Source: Nymphaea colorata
Lineage: Eukaryota
Length of the DNA stretch: 64,000 nt
Direction of reading: 5' to 3'
Assembly (NCBI RefSeq): GCF_008831285.2
Contig: NC_045138.2
Location: 26,350,001 to 26,414,000, forward strand
Shown here: piece by piece, positions 36,492 through 49,406 of the stretch
How the letters are laid out: every line of letters begins with the position of its first letter
Position numbering within the stretch: position 1 is the stretch's first letter
The notes under the pieces: model-generated
Told to the model about the DNA's origin: nothing
What the model saw: the letters and a program-made list of their open reading frames with translations, nothing else
Database searches by the model: none
Translations under genes and position numbers: made by a program

Positions 36492-39400
36492 CTACCTTTT
36501 ATGTTTTCCACTGCTATTTGATTTTGAACCTTCTGAAGCGTAACCTTCTACCGCTGCTATGATCTGTGTTTCCAGTTTGTGGCCCTTGATAGCTGACTTA
36601 ACTTTCCTGGAAATTTGCTGCTTCAGCACACGACGTTCAGCAACTGAAAGACGACACTTATCAAGCCCCTTCAAGAATTTAACGACTGGGTCACCAAAAC
36701 CCCTACCGCTTTTCTCCAGGTTCACAAGCTTCTCCACAACTTGAGCAGCTAACATTCTCTCTATACACAGCTTGTTCCCAATCTCGACAATATCATAGAG
36801 GCAATGTGTGCTCACCTCCCTTGTCTTCTTAGAGTTGCAATCAAGCAAGGCAACCAACCTTTCAATCTGTTTGGACTCTAGCATTCGATTCAATACTAGA
36901 ATCCCTCCGTCCCCAAAAAGCATCTGATGGAGTGTTTGGTAAGCTGCATCTTGCAGCTCTGCTACATTACACTGCATCATTTTAACCAGATCATGGATGA
37001 CATTGTAGTCAAGAATTTGACGAACGCATGCCTCGCCCCCAGCGCAAGATAGTTTTAAGATAAGAAATGCAGATAAACATCGTATGCGGTTGTCTGCAAG
37101 GCTTCCTTGATGCAGAAATTCAGCTAATATTTCAATTAAGGTGCTCTGAAGTATCATATCTTGGACTCTTTTATCATTTGCCACCTCAACTATTGGTACA
37201 ACATCCTGCATTGCTTCAACTACCTGCCTGCTATCTGACCCACGCATCTTATGAATCATATCGGTAAGACTTTGTGGTTTGGGTGAAGAAGGAACATGGA
37301 GCTCTTTCAAGGCAAACCTTTCTAAATTCAGCTTTGCATCCCACGGCAAATGTTCAAAGGTTCCTTGCATAAGATAGTGACGCACAACTGGCCCTGCAGA
37401 TTCATAAAATGATTTCAAAGTGACAATAGCATGGTGTTGTGCTATCTCAGATCCACTCCCAATGACATCTACCAGCTTCTTATCAATCCTGCTAGCGAAC
37501 ATCCGATCAACTGCCCTCGCATTGCCAGCCTTGATTAATGATATTACAGCATTGAATACATTGTCATCCGACTCTTCCATCTGGGGAACAAGCAAGTCTG
37601 CTAGCCTGTTCATAGGAATCTTTGTTATTACCTTATCAACTATAGCTTCACTTCCATATTCTGCCATCTTTGCCAGGACAATGGACACACTCGTCTGAAT
37701 GATGGGTTCATCAGTTTCTTCCATCAGGTTGGCAAACTTATCAATGGCATCTGCATCTACAAGTGATTGATGGTATTCGATGTAGTCATTCTTGCAGAAT
37801 ATGTTCATCATGGATTTTGCAACAGCAGCTACTATTTCTAAAGATCCAACCGAGATCAGGTCAGCAACTTTTGGGCCAAGAATATAACTAAAACCAGCAC
37901 TGCTTGCTTCCAAGTCAGACACAGATTTACTAGCCATAAGAGCTTGCACAATGGTTTCTAGAGTAGTCACAACATGTTTTGCATCTGTACTACATAGGGA
38001 GCACCTCATCTTTTGCTCTGCAATAGGTTTAACTCTTTCTTTCCCGAAAGCGAATAGCCATGGAGAAACAGAAGCAGAATCATCCATAGTTGAATCAATC
38101 AACAAAATTTTGACAGCATCATCCACTTTACCATCAAGGTACAAAGAAACCATATCATGGACATGATATGCCAAATAAGAATCAGCTTTAATCAAAAGAG
38201 AAGATTCAACAAGCTTGCAAACTTCAAGCGGAAACAAGTTGCAGTTCCCAAGCACAACCCATAAAGCTTCAAGACAAGCCTCTGGGACAGGTTCCTCCCA
38301 TGCAACTGCTGCAAGAATGATAAAAAGCTTTCTGGAGGATGCAAGCATTGCTTCTAAACTGAACTCCAGCGAGCCAAAGACAGTAACAGTATTTTCTGCC
38401 TCTTTTTCATTTACATAAGACACTGGACCTGGTGCACATGTTGCATAAGTAGAAATATTCCTAATAGCTTTTTCCCATTTATCTTCACTTTTTTCTTTTC
38501 TAAGAGCTTTTCCCATTACAGCAACTGTGAGAGGGTGATGCCCACACCGTTCCAGCAATATTTCCGCGGAGGACTATAGAAAAGGAAACATATCAGCTCA
38601 TGCAAGGTTGAACGTGCAATGATTGCCATACGAAAAGACTTGTTCAATGACTAAGAGTATCCAGAAGAACAAATGATAATTAAGTAGAAAATGCAGTAGA
38701 GAAGATTGAAGAACAAAACTTTCAAGCATATAAATTTGATTTGGTAGATGCAAAGCAACGTATCTCATCATTCATCTGCAATGCATCAAATAATTTCTAA
38801 AAAATGTGTGAAGTGCAGATTAAAATTAAAAAAAAAAACACAAGAGGGTTTAAAAGAACATAAAATTTACAGTAGGGAAGCGACACTTACCGGAAGTTCC
38901 TCTTCATTGAGAAGGCTATGGTAAATAAGGATTTCCCTGCTTATTTCCTTTAAGTCGTCTTTACATATCTCAACCTTCTCAGCTTCTGTAATTTCGTATA
39001 TGGCTTCATTCCGCGTGGTCACCAAGTATCTGCAACCATTATCGTACAACTTAGCAAACCTTTCGACAATGTCTTGTTCCCAGACATCATCTAACAGTAT
39101 TAAAATACTTTTCCCTGCCAGTGCTTCTTGAAGAAGAAAGCATGCATTTTCAAGTTCTCCATTTGTCTCTTCCCATACCTTTTTACCAACACCTATGTTT
39201 ACCAAAAACGTGCAAATTTTCTTTGCCAACCGTTTCTGATACTCTATTTTGCTTCCATTGCATGCTGCCCTACTGCACCACTGACCAAACCTAACCTCTA
39301 CAGCGCCATTCATGAATTTGCTTGGTGGCTGCGAAGCCACTTGACGGGCTAAACAAGATTTTCCTATCCCAGACAAACCCACGATGAGAATTACTCTATG

Positions 39401-39937
39401 AGAATCCTCTAGTTCCAATAGCTTCTTTATGTACCTACATTTACTCGAAATCGGGTAGCCTGGTTCTGAGTTTATTCTCAACAGAGTAGGTACTCTCATT
39501 GCACCGGTTTCTATCGTCTTCTCTACATCTCTATAGAGCTGTTGCGATTCAAGCCACCAGTTCAGGTCATTCCTGATTGACTGTACCAATTTCAGAAAAG
39601 GGTCCCCAACCATCGACGCCCAAACAACCCGTGAAAACTTCTTGACTTTGTTTTTTGATAACATTCTTTTGGCTTTTCCAATTTTGGTTTGCATCTGTTG
39701 GACCAATTCACTCAAGCTCTGAATTTGGCGATCCAACTGTGAACTGGCAACCTTATTTACATGTTTCTGTTCAAAACCATTAATCAGTTCCCGCAGATTA
39801 CATACTAGCTCCTCTAAACTCTTCACCGTCTTTGAAGCTTCCTCAAGACCCCTGGAAGCTTGTTCTAATGCTCCAACAGCTCCTATCATGCAAGAAACAA
39901 TTTGGGTGGCAGCAGAAACAGTCTGCACAACGTCCAT
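36492..39937 (-). CDS. Atypical NLR-like NB-ARC/armadillo-repeat protein (rice RLS1-type architecture), about 1042 aa
   Basis: Exons 39937-38891 and 38573-36492. P-loop GLSGIGKS, Walker B ILLDDVW, RNBS-B YLVTTR, GHHPL at the GLPL position, VHD at the MHD position. The C-terminus is helical and ARM-like, with no LxxLxL LRR pattern. Confidence 0.9.
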
Positions 39938-41650
39938 ATTTCATACAAAAAAGCGAAACCAAGTTCCTGGAAGTAAATAGACCTTGTCAAAAACCACCGA
40001 ATTCGCATACACCCAAAATCTATGCCAATCGTATTTGTTTGTTCTGGAAGGTCATGGGCAATCCCCACAAAAGTTCCTCATACCCCTGATTTCTGCAGTC
40101 AATTGAAACGCACAAGAAGCTACCATCATTCAAGAATAACAACATAAACAAAAACTGTCCAAAATCGGGACAATCGTATAGCCCGAACTTTCTGCAATGA
40201 ATGAAAAACCAAGAAAGTCCCTGTCTATCCAAGGATCGGATCATGGAAATTTATTCTCCTCCATAAGAACTACCAAAATGGGGAGACCAATTCGACTTGT
40301 TTTCCAGAGAACATGTGGACAGTCCTGAACTAGAAAAACCCACCAATTCTCGGAAATCAGGAGCCCTACACTTCCACGACATAACTTCTCGATTTAGGAA
40401 ACTTGGAAGAAATCTGAAGACACGTTGATGCTGCTACTAATCGCCGTATCCATGTCAACTTAGATACACGCCCTTCAAGCTTCCACCCACCACGAAGGCT
40501 TTATAGAAACGGCAACAGATTATGATGCAGTGAGCTATAATTTAAGCTGCCATTCTTATTAAGTGCAGAAGCCCTGAGAAGAAAGAATTACTGGTTGGGT
40601 TACTTGTAGCTTTCCGCGGCCAGTTCCCTCCCTTCTGCTCCTGAGTCCGACCACCGTGTCTGGAAGGAGACCGCCGTGAAAGCAAGAGCTCCCACGCAAT
40701 TAATGGACAACGTGGACGGTGGACTGCTTGTTGATAATGTTGGGGGAGTGACAGTCGAGTTTCCTTTTCATGGATCTAGAGTCAAACGACTCTGAATCAT
40801 CATCATCATGATATTCATGGGAAGTGTAGCCCCTCAAAATCCTGTTTTTGCAAAAGTTCGGTGCTTGAGGTTGGCGAGTCAAACCGAACAGCATCCGAGT
40901 GAAAGATCCGACCTCAATTTTCAATACTATTTCCCTTTTTTATTAAAGCAACAAATCATTGTTCAAATTATGAGTAAAATATACGCTTGAAAAATCTTTT
41001 ACCTTATTGCTATACCATCAACACGCCCCTTTGATTCCAAGAAGCAGCAGAAATTTGCAGTTACTTAATTTTTCCATTGAAGGTTTAAAGAACGTCGATT
41101 TCCGGTCACACTAGAGATGCACTGGAAATTTGAATCGTGCCGATAGAACATTACCTGCTCAATTGTGTATTTCATAATATGACAAAGAAGTTAAGCACCA
41201 ACTTAATACCTTGATGGAATTTGTTGTTTATAAAGATCTGAGATCACAATGAAAATATTTACAAAATGAAACACAAAAGTATGAAGAATAATGAAAAATG
41301 TAAAGGATGTCAATCTCGAGGCCGTAGATCAGGTTTCAAGTTATTATTGTTGTTGTTATCATTATACGTTTCTAAGCTCTAAGGGTCGATTGTCAAGAAC
41401 CAAAAAAGAAAGAAGAAAAAAATCTTAAAAAGGTGAACGTAGAAAGGATATCTTTTTGACTATTGAATGATTCCATTTTGATTATTATCCCCATTGACTA
41501 AACCATGCAGGTTGGATGGATCTGGATCAAGAAGAGCTGAAATCCATGGTTTTAACAAACTCTGGATTTCAGCTTCACCCCCAACTGGATCTGAGATCGA
41601 CGGCATGATTAAGGTAATCAAACGTGGCTTTACGTCTTGAAGAGGATGAT

Positions 41651-41803
41651 AAAAATTAATAATATTATCTTTATCACATCATTTACCTACTGTACATTTA
41701 TAAATCCAATAATTAAATAATCAGAAAAATTAATAAATATTATCTTTATCATATCATTTACCTACTCTAGATTTATAAATCCAATAATTAAATAATCGGA
41801 AAA
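41651..41803. repeat. 74-bp AT-rich tandem duplication
   Basis: AAAAATTAATAA(A)TATTATCTTTATCA..CATTTACCTACT..TTTATAAATCCAATAATTAAATAATC at 41651 and 41725. Confidence 0.9.
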
Positions 41804-43447
41804 AGGCCAGCTTATGTTGGTAGAGTTATAAATCAGATCTGTGGATCCATACCCATTCAAAGAACTGGCTAGATCTTGGTCCGATATTCTTTGTGTCGTC
41901 CATACATGTGCACTAGAAAACTTTTTTAAGAATATGTAATTTTTTACTCTTAGATTGTGTTTGTTTCATTGTAGATCTCAGATCCGCGGTGACCTTTAAA
42001 ATATAGGTGCATACATCAATGTACCTATAAAGTAGCAAGAAAAATAGCGTATTTTCAAGACACTATTCTTACATCCCATATTTTAAAAACGCTTGTTTAC
42101 ATTTTGAGAAATATGATGTGATTAAGTCCAGCATTTGGACATTGAATTAGTAAACAATATACACATGTTTTCTCGAAAAAATATGGTGCTTTTAATTATA
42201 TGTTATGGGAATATGTGTTTCAAGAATGTCTTCTTACTTGAACATCAAGATGCTTTTTCATTGTTGGGCACACCAAGGGGTGATTGGATTACATAAAAAA
42301 AAAAAACTTGATTTTGCCTTCAAAACAAGGTTTTAGAGTGTTTGGATGCCACCAAAAACCCAGTTTTAACGATACTTGGTTTTGTAAAAAGAAGTAAAAA
42401 ACATGTACCGCATTAGGTTATTAAAAAATGAGGTTTTAGATGTGTCATCCAAATGTAAAAAAAAAGAAGAAGAATAAGGTTTTTGGAACTTATTAAACAA
42501 CTTGGTTCTCAAAAAATGAGGGTTAAAAAATATGTAACAGTGATTACCAAGATCAAGATACTATTTATTTGATGACTTTTAACGAAGAATTAAAAAATAT
42601 GAGACAATTTTAGATGATCTATTGCCTTAGTTCCTCACAGATTTTGTAGCGTACGAAATCAAATGATTCTCTGATTTTAATAAAGTAGATGCCCAACTTT
42701 TTTTTGGCTTCTCTTCTTTCAATGCAGTAAAAGAACCATTTTGTATAGAAAAAATCAAATCCCCAATACCAAAAGCAGAGGGAGGGCACTCGAATCTCCA
42801 CAAAAATTTCACCTTCAAAATTTCATGATTTTCAAACCAACTAATAGTAACACAAATATCTTCATCGACCTCCTTGTTAGAATAAAATAAATGAACAATA
42901 ACGTAACATAACAAATTATTTGTTATGCTCTTTCAATTATATATTTAAATCGTCACAGATAAAAAACTATAAAAAAACAAGCCGTTTTAAAAACATAATG
43001 AGCATTTGAACCTCGGCATCAAGATTTCCTTCTAATGTTTGTCTTTTTTCTTACAATTACCAAAAAAGAAATTTACTTTATGTCTTATGCAGAAGGCGTA
43101 TTTCTATAAAAAAATGTCAGAGAAAAAAATACTTAACTGAAACAGTGCAATGTTTCTCAGGTTAATTAAGGTCTACTTAGTTTTCACAAATAGCGTGGCT
43201 TTATTTAGAAAAATATGAACATATACGCATCTCCGAAAATTAAACGCAAAAGTAGGGTCCGAACTAGAATAAAACTAGGGAGGCAACTGGCTGCTGTAGC
43301 TGACGATTAAAAAAATGAGATAAGGCACCAATCATTCAATTCCAATAATTCAACTCCTCCCTCGGCAGAGCAGGACGGAATTTCATTTCATATGTTCTTT
43401 CTTCGCTTTCCTTCTTCGATGAAAGAGAGACAGAGGCAGAGGGAGTC

Positions 43448-44563
43448 ATGTGGAACAACCTCCCCCCAGAAATCCTCGCCTTCATCTTCTCCTTCCTCCC
43501 ACCGGACACCCTCGCAAGGGCCAGGGCTGTCTGCCAACAGTGGAATTCCTGCGCTCAACAACACCACCTTTTACTCTTTTCATCTACCAATCATCACCAA
43601 CACCTCCATCCACCTTGGCTCCTAGCCGTGCCCACACACAACTGCCGCCATTTCTGCTACGCTTACAATCCTTCTCTTAGCAGATGGTACAACATCTCCC
43701 TCAGTTTCATCCCCAGCGCCCTCCGGCTTGCCGTCGCTGCCGTCGGCGATGGACTTCTTCTTGTCAAGCCGTCGCTCTCCATTCCTTCCCCTCTAGCTCT
43801 CTGCAACCCTTTCACCCAGCACTACAAGCTACTGCCTCCCTTCATATGTAAGCGCTCCAACCCATCCATAGGTGTAGTCTCCACCGCCACAGGTGGATAC
43901 CGTATATATGTCGCCGGCGGGAGTTCGAACTGTACCGCCTACGTATCGACGATGGAGATGTACGATTCCGAGGCTGGCACATGGCAGATTGCCGGAAAGA
44001 TGCCGGAAAAATACGCTGCTCGGATGATTTTGTGGTCTACCAGTGGAAGTGTGCATCATAATGGTGTGTTGTACTGGATTACCTCGGCGAGGGTGTACAA
44101 TGTGATAGGTGTGGATGTGGGTGCTCCATCTCCGGGTTGGCACGAGGTGGGCGTGCCCTGCGCTGATCAGCTGGAGTTTGCAACACTGGTCATGACTCGA
44201 GGAGGAAGGGGATTGGGGCTTGTCGGAGGGCTGGCCGGCCGAGAGGTGTGTCTTTGGGAGTTGGAAGGAAGGGACACCTGGGTGCTGGTTGATAAGCTGC
44301 CTGGTGAGGCGGTGACCAGGCTGCTCGGGAGGGAAGGGAAATTGGGCAGCGTAAAATGTGTTGGTGGTGGAGGTCTGATGTATCTGTTTAGGGACTTTGG
44401 ATCTGGTATGTTGGTTTGGAAGGAGGAAATTGGGAGTTGCAGGAGAGACTGGTATTGGGTAAAGAGGTGTCTCAATGGTGGAGATGGTCCTCTTCCCAAC
44501 TTCCCTGTAAAAGGAGTTTTACTGTGGCCTAGTCTTTCACCTCTTGCAGCTCTGGGGAAATAA
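43448..44563 (+). CDS. Intronless F-box protein with a kelch-like beta-propeller, 371 aa
   Basis: N-terminal F-box WNNLPPEILAFIFSFLPPDTLARARAVCQQWN; LCNPFT, IYVAGG..EMYDSEAGTW and GVLYW motifs. Confidence 0.92.
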   Translation: MWNNLPPEILAFIFSFLPPDTLARARAVCQQWNSCAQQHHLLLFSSTNHHQHLHPPWLLAVPTHNCRHFCYAYNPSLSRWYNISLSFIPSALRLAVAAVGDGLLLVKPSLSIPSPLALCNPFTQHYKLLPPFICKRSNPSIGVVSTATGGYRIYVAGGSSNCTAYVSTMEMYDSEAGTWQIAGKMPEKYAARMILWSTSGSVHHNGVLYWITSARVYNVIGVDVGAPSPGWHEVGVPCADQLEFATLVMTRGGRGLGLVGGLAGREVCLWELEGRDTWVLVDKLPGEAVTRLLGREGKLGSVKCVGGGGLMYLFRDFGSGMLVWKEEIGSCRRDWYWVKRCLNGGDGPLPNFPVKGVLLWPSLSPLAALGK

Positions 44564-47149
44564 GAATGCTTCTTCTCTGCCTCCTGTCTTTCTGACAGAA
44601 AAGACGTTCTTGCTGGAGGTGCTTGACTGCTTGTGGGCAGATTTTGCCAGTAATTTTGCAATAAGGTGTTGATCTTTAGGATTCAAGGAAATTTGTGGTG
44701 CATATGCATTTATTTTTCTTTATTACAGTGACATCTAGAATTGATCTTGACTACCATCGTTGGTCCAGCTTCTCTGTGATTTTGGTAAAGAGCTGGCTAT
44801 ATTGCTTGGACTTTAGAAGCTTATTCCAGACCTTGTAATAGATGAGATGGCTCAAGGAACCATTTTTGCAGGCCTTAGACTAAAAACATTCTTTTGGAGA
44901 AAGATTGTCGAGAAATCTGCAAATATAAATGCCATTTACCTGTGACAGAACGATGTCCGGCAGAGGATCATCTGGATTAAGTATCTGATCCTTTTCTTAA
45001 TGGTTCTTTGTCATCCAAAAAGAATCAAATGTCTTTACCTGATGGCACTAGATCTCTGAACTTTGAAATGATAGTCACTTCCTTTCTTTCTTGCTGTTTT
45101 GAATAAAAGACTGGTAAGGGGACGATAAACATATCTCACTTTAATCAATGGATCAGATGCATTTGGATATATCTCTTAATGAAAGTGCAAACAATGAATC
45201 ACATTCCTAAAAGTAGTTCTGCTTGGAAATTGCATTTGAACCTCACCGTCTTATAAGGTCATTCTATCTTTGTTTTTTTACCAGTAAGCTGGGGTTGGAA
45301 CTTGGACTTGGATATGCTAATAGCAAATCACTCCAAAAAGCTTGTATTGGGGTGTCAAACTCTTAACCTACTTCAACTTAAAGGTTTTGTGCTTTCCCAC
45401 ATGCTCAGCAGAAAGTCGATCTTGTTGGCAGAGGCAACCCTCTTTTAGAGCGAGAATGACACTTTACATCAGGGCCTAATCTTGTGCTTGACATGCATCG
45501 AACAGGTTCTTTAGTTGAGAACAGAAAACAACTTTCTTCTTACAGACTTGAACGGTCCTGGATTTCATGATTGATATACAAGACAGATCTTAATCTTCCA
45601 GCAGCATCTTTGCGATCCCAAGACAGAGCGCAGATCCAAATTGATTGAATCAGATTTCTTGTGTATCTAGATAATCTGAAAAATCCTTTTTTGCATATGT
45701 AAGAAGGATTGTCATTTATATGTAGGCACAGTGAGAATCTGATGCCTCTAACCTTACCCTGCCATCGATATTCTTGGATCCTTCAAAATGTTTCAAAAGC
45801 TGACTGGCTGGCTGTAGGGCTCACAAACTATGTGGGACGTGACACACAGCCAAGCACCCGCATTCAATTTTCACTGTATTGTGATTTCCATCTGATCTGC
45901 TACCGAGCCATTCACATGGCTGCCCAAAGTATTCTTTTTCTTAAAGAACAATGGGAAAAGGTATTCTGACAATGAAATGGACAAATTTTTTACTTTGCTA
46001 GGGGCCAAATTTTTCTCCCTTCCACATAAACAAGTCCCATGTTCCTATTTTTTCATTTTGATCTTTTCATTTTCTGAAACTGCCAAATAGGAGGCTCAAT
46101 ACCCTAAAAGGGTTTGGGCACACCAGCTTGGACCAATGGCTGGTAGGCAGCTGGTTACTTGTACAAGTGGCATGGGCATCAATCTCATTGTGCTGCAAAT
46201 GGGGTGGCACCAATATACTAATTGATGTGCATTAGAGGCGCCACATGGAGGCACCAATGTAGCCCTACACGCTAGAGGGAAAGGAAGGCAGCTTTGGCCT
46301 TCATTATGCAGGATTCTCTTTCTGCTCACCTGAAATGGAAACCTGAATCCCCAACATCAGACCATTCGTAAGAAAGAAACGAATGAGGTGATTGGAGTTA
46401 TGTTTTGCTCCATATGGCTCCATTCAGTCAAGTGTTGGATCGAAAGAACAAGTTTTAACAATAGGTGGTGGCGTTGGGTTGAAGACCGTTGATCAAGTCT
46501 CAACCTTGCCAATCTCCTCCTTGAGTTATTTCTACAGTATTATCTTCTTGTGCTGGTTAGCGCTCACCCTTGTCATTAGAAATAACAAAAATAATAAGTT
46601 GTAATCTACTGTTGACAGTAAAAAGATTCAAATGTATCAAGAACCAAATACTCACCATAGATGAAGATTTGACGCCTTCAATTTTTTTTTGTTTAAAAAA
46701 ATTCAAAACGAGATCTTTCCGGGAGAGCCTGACTGTCATCACTAATAAATAGGCCAATGTCGAAGACCTCCAGGGATCGAATTGCAATTGCAAATCCTAC
46801 CCTCAAATTTTAATTAGCAGGGAAGTCAAGTGCCAACATCAGCAAATATCATTCTTTCAGCTAATTACTTATTAGTTATTATTAATGGAGGGTGAGAAAT
46901 CAAATTTAGTGATGTGTGGATGATCACTTCTCTTTGGTTCAGAGGTGACAACTGCCATGATTATGTCCTAAAACAGGCCCCCCAGATCGCCCTGGACCTG
47001 ATCTTTGAGCCTCAAGATCAACCAATATCGTTCTCTCTTGTAAAAATCAAATTCTCTTCTCTCTCTCTCTCTCTCGCTCTGTCTCTCTCTCTGAGCAGAG
47101 GCAGGCAACAGAACGAGGAGGCATCACACAAGAAGAAGAAGGAGAAAGG

Positions 47150-47438
47150 ATGGCAGGTGCAGGTTGGGCAGCCAAAGTCCCCACCATCGCCTCTCGTGTC
47201 TACTTCCTCCTCATCATCCTTCAGATACCCCTCTTCAGGTTGGTACCCACTTCTCCCCTTCGCCGGCAGATTAAAAATCGCGGCAGCTTCTATGTGTTGA
47301 GAAAAATAGTGGTTATTCGTCCTTCACTTACTGAGATCAACCCCTGTTTTCAAGATTCCGCCGTTCCCATCGGTTTTCAGTTTCCTCCGTTTTCCTTGAG
47401 CACCTTAGAGAAACATTTTCAATGGCTGCTTTCCTCGT

Positions 47439-47488
<50 letters not shown>

Positions 47489-48991
47489 CCCAATACCAGC
47501 AAACAAGATTTGGATGAGATCTCGTACTGGATCGTTGTCTTTCCGTGATCGCCTGGAGAAATTTTTGTTGGGCGGCAGAAGTAACTCGTGATTCCAGAAA
47601 CAGCTATCCCTTGTTTCCAGCCAAGAAAAGGATCGTCTTGTGATTGTGAATGTTGAAATGTCTTTCTTCATTAACAAAAACATTAGATTCATGGTTTCAG
47701 CCGTTAAATAAGAAGAAGCTTCAATTGGGTTTCTCCGCAGGGTGCCTTGCAGATCTGGACTATGCACGACGCCGATGGCGGTCACTTCGTCCCAGTTAAT
47801 CTCCAGCGACGTCTTCCCTACTGCCGCAGTGAAGGCTCTTCTTTACCCTGGTGCGGTGGTAGACGGCCTCATCTCAACCATGACCATCCCTAAATGGAAC
47901 GACATACTCGACCTGTACAATCTAACGGCTGCTAAAAGTGCATCTGCAATGGTGGATCTTCAGCGCCTCGAGGTACTTCTTTAATCCTCCTAGCATTTTT
48001 TTCTTCAAAATCTCTGTATTATCTGAGTTCATCAACTTGTAGCCTCTATAAGCTTTCCCATAGACTGCCCACCGTGCGGAGATTAGTGCAATTTGATGTT
48101 GCATAAATTGCTTTGTCCAGTTTGCTTTGATTACATGCAGAGCATTGGAAGTAGTAGATATATAACCGCCGTTACCATTCTGAGGAAGGTTTTCGCAGGG
48201 AGTTTTTCCCTACGTGTTGCTTCTTTGGGACAAAAAATCTCAAGTTTTAAAAATGAGAAGAAAATAGTAACACAGGTGATGCAATATGAGGTTTTAGGCT
48301 TCTTCTTGCAAATATAAAGAGACAACTACAGGAGCTTTAAAACGTAGGAGAAACTCAAAGAGAAAACATGTACTGAAAAATGTAAACAATGATCTTCAAA
48401 TTTTAAGTAAATGTCATAAAATCACAAAATGGGTATCAGCATAATATTGAGATATTTTTATCCGTGGAAACATTTTAAAGATATTCTGATCACAAAAATT
48501 GTTGGCTCTGGCTGAGGTATCTTATTGGACCTACGATTGCTTCGAATGCGCAATAGCGAATGACCCACTTTAGCATCTTATAGGACAAAAAATATTTGTC
48601 ATTGACTATCTATGGTTGGAGAGTTCTTTGATCAGGTTACTAATTTTTCAATTAAATGGACGGAAAATGTTCATAGTTTGTTTCTTCCTTTCAGGTTCTT
48701 GCTGGAAGTTACTTTTCTGTTGCCGGAGCCTTCGTGGGCCTCATGAAACCAGGAAGGATGAGCATGTTTGGAACACTTCTAGTTGTATGGGGCCTTGTCA
48801 AAGAAAGCTTTCTTGGAAAGCCACCAAATACAGATCCAGCAACCGCAGTTTTCATCTACCCAACAATGTTCTTTGCTCTGTTTTGCGCATTTTCATCTGT
48901 GAAATATGACTTAAATAGGGTGACCAGAAAGCAACAGGCTCGGCCAGCTGCAAAACCACTGCAAAGCTCAGCCAAATCCAAGCTAAAATGA
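47150..48991 (+). CDS. Uncharacterised small membrane protein, about 205 aa
   Basis: Exons 47150-47238, 47741-47972, 48695-48991 (618 nt, GT-AG, phases consistent). Several hydrophobic segments; C-terminus AKSKLK. Confidence 0.85.
47442..47486. repeat. (AG)n microsatellite in intron 1
   Basis: About 22 AG units. Confidence 0.95.
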
Positions 48992-49406
48992 GATATGATG
49001 GATGATTTTTTTTTTTTTTTGTTGAACTTTGTTTGGAGAACCATCAAAAGACTGTCCAAGCAGGATTTTTCAGAAAACTTTGTTCTTGAATGGTTTGTTA
49101 TTAAGAAAAGCAGCATCCTTTTGGTTTGTGCAGTTACATAATTCTTGTGCTGTCACTGTCTATCCTGTTAACACGACGTCAAGAGCAGAGGCCCTAACAC
49201 CTTAGAACCTGCTGCATAGCATCGATCGTAAGGAGGAATTATTACACTATAACATGGAGACTGGTCTGTAAGACCCTAGCCACTCCTGCATATGACTGCA
49301 AAAAAAGTTTTGCATTGCAGTTTCCAAGCAATAAGGGGAAAAAAAAACTCCAAGCCGAATCACTTGTCGATTCATGGTAGCTATCCATGAAGAATGCAAG
49401 TGACTG

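Noticed and set aside
44700..46500. Possible unannotated exons or ncRNA downstream of the F-box gene
   Set aside because: Only isolated splice-like sites and short ORFs without motifs.
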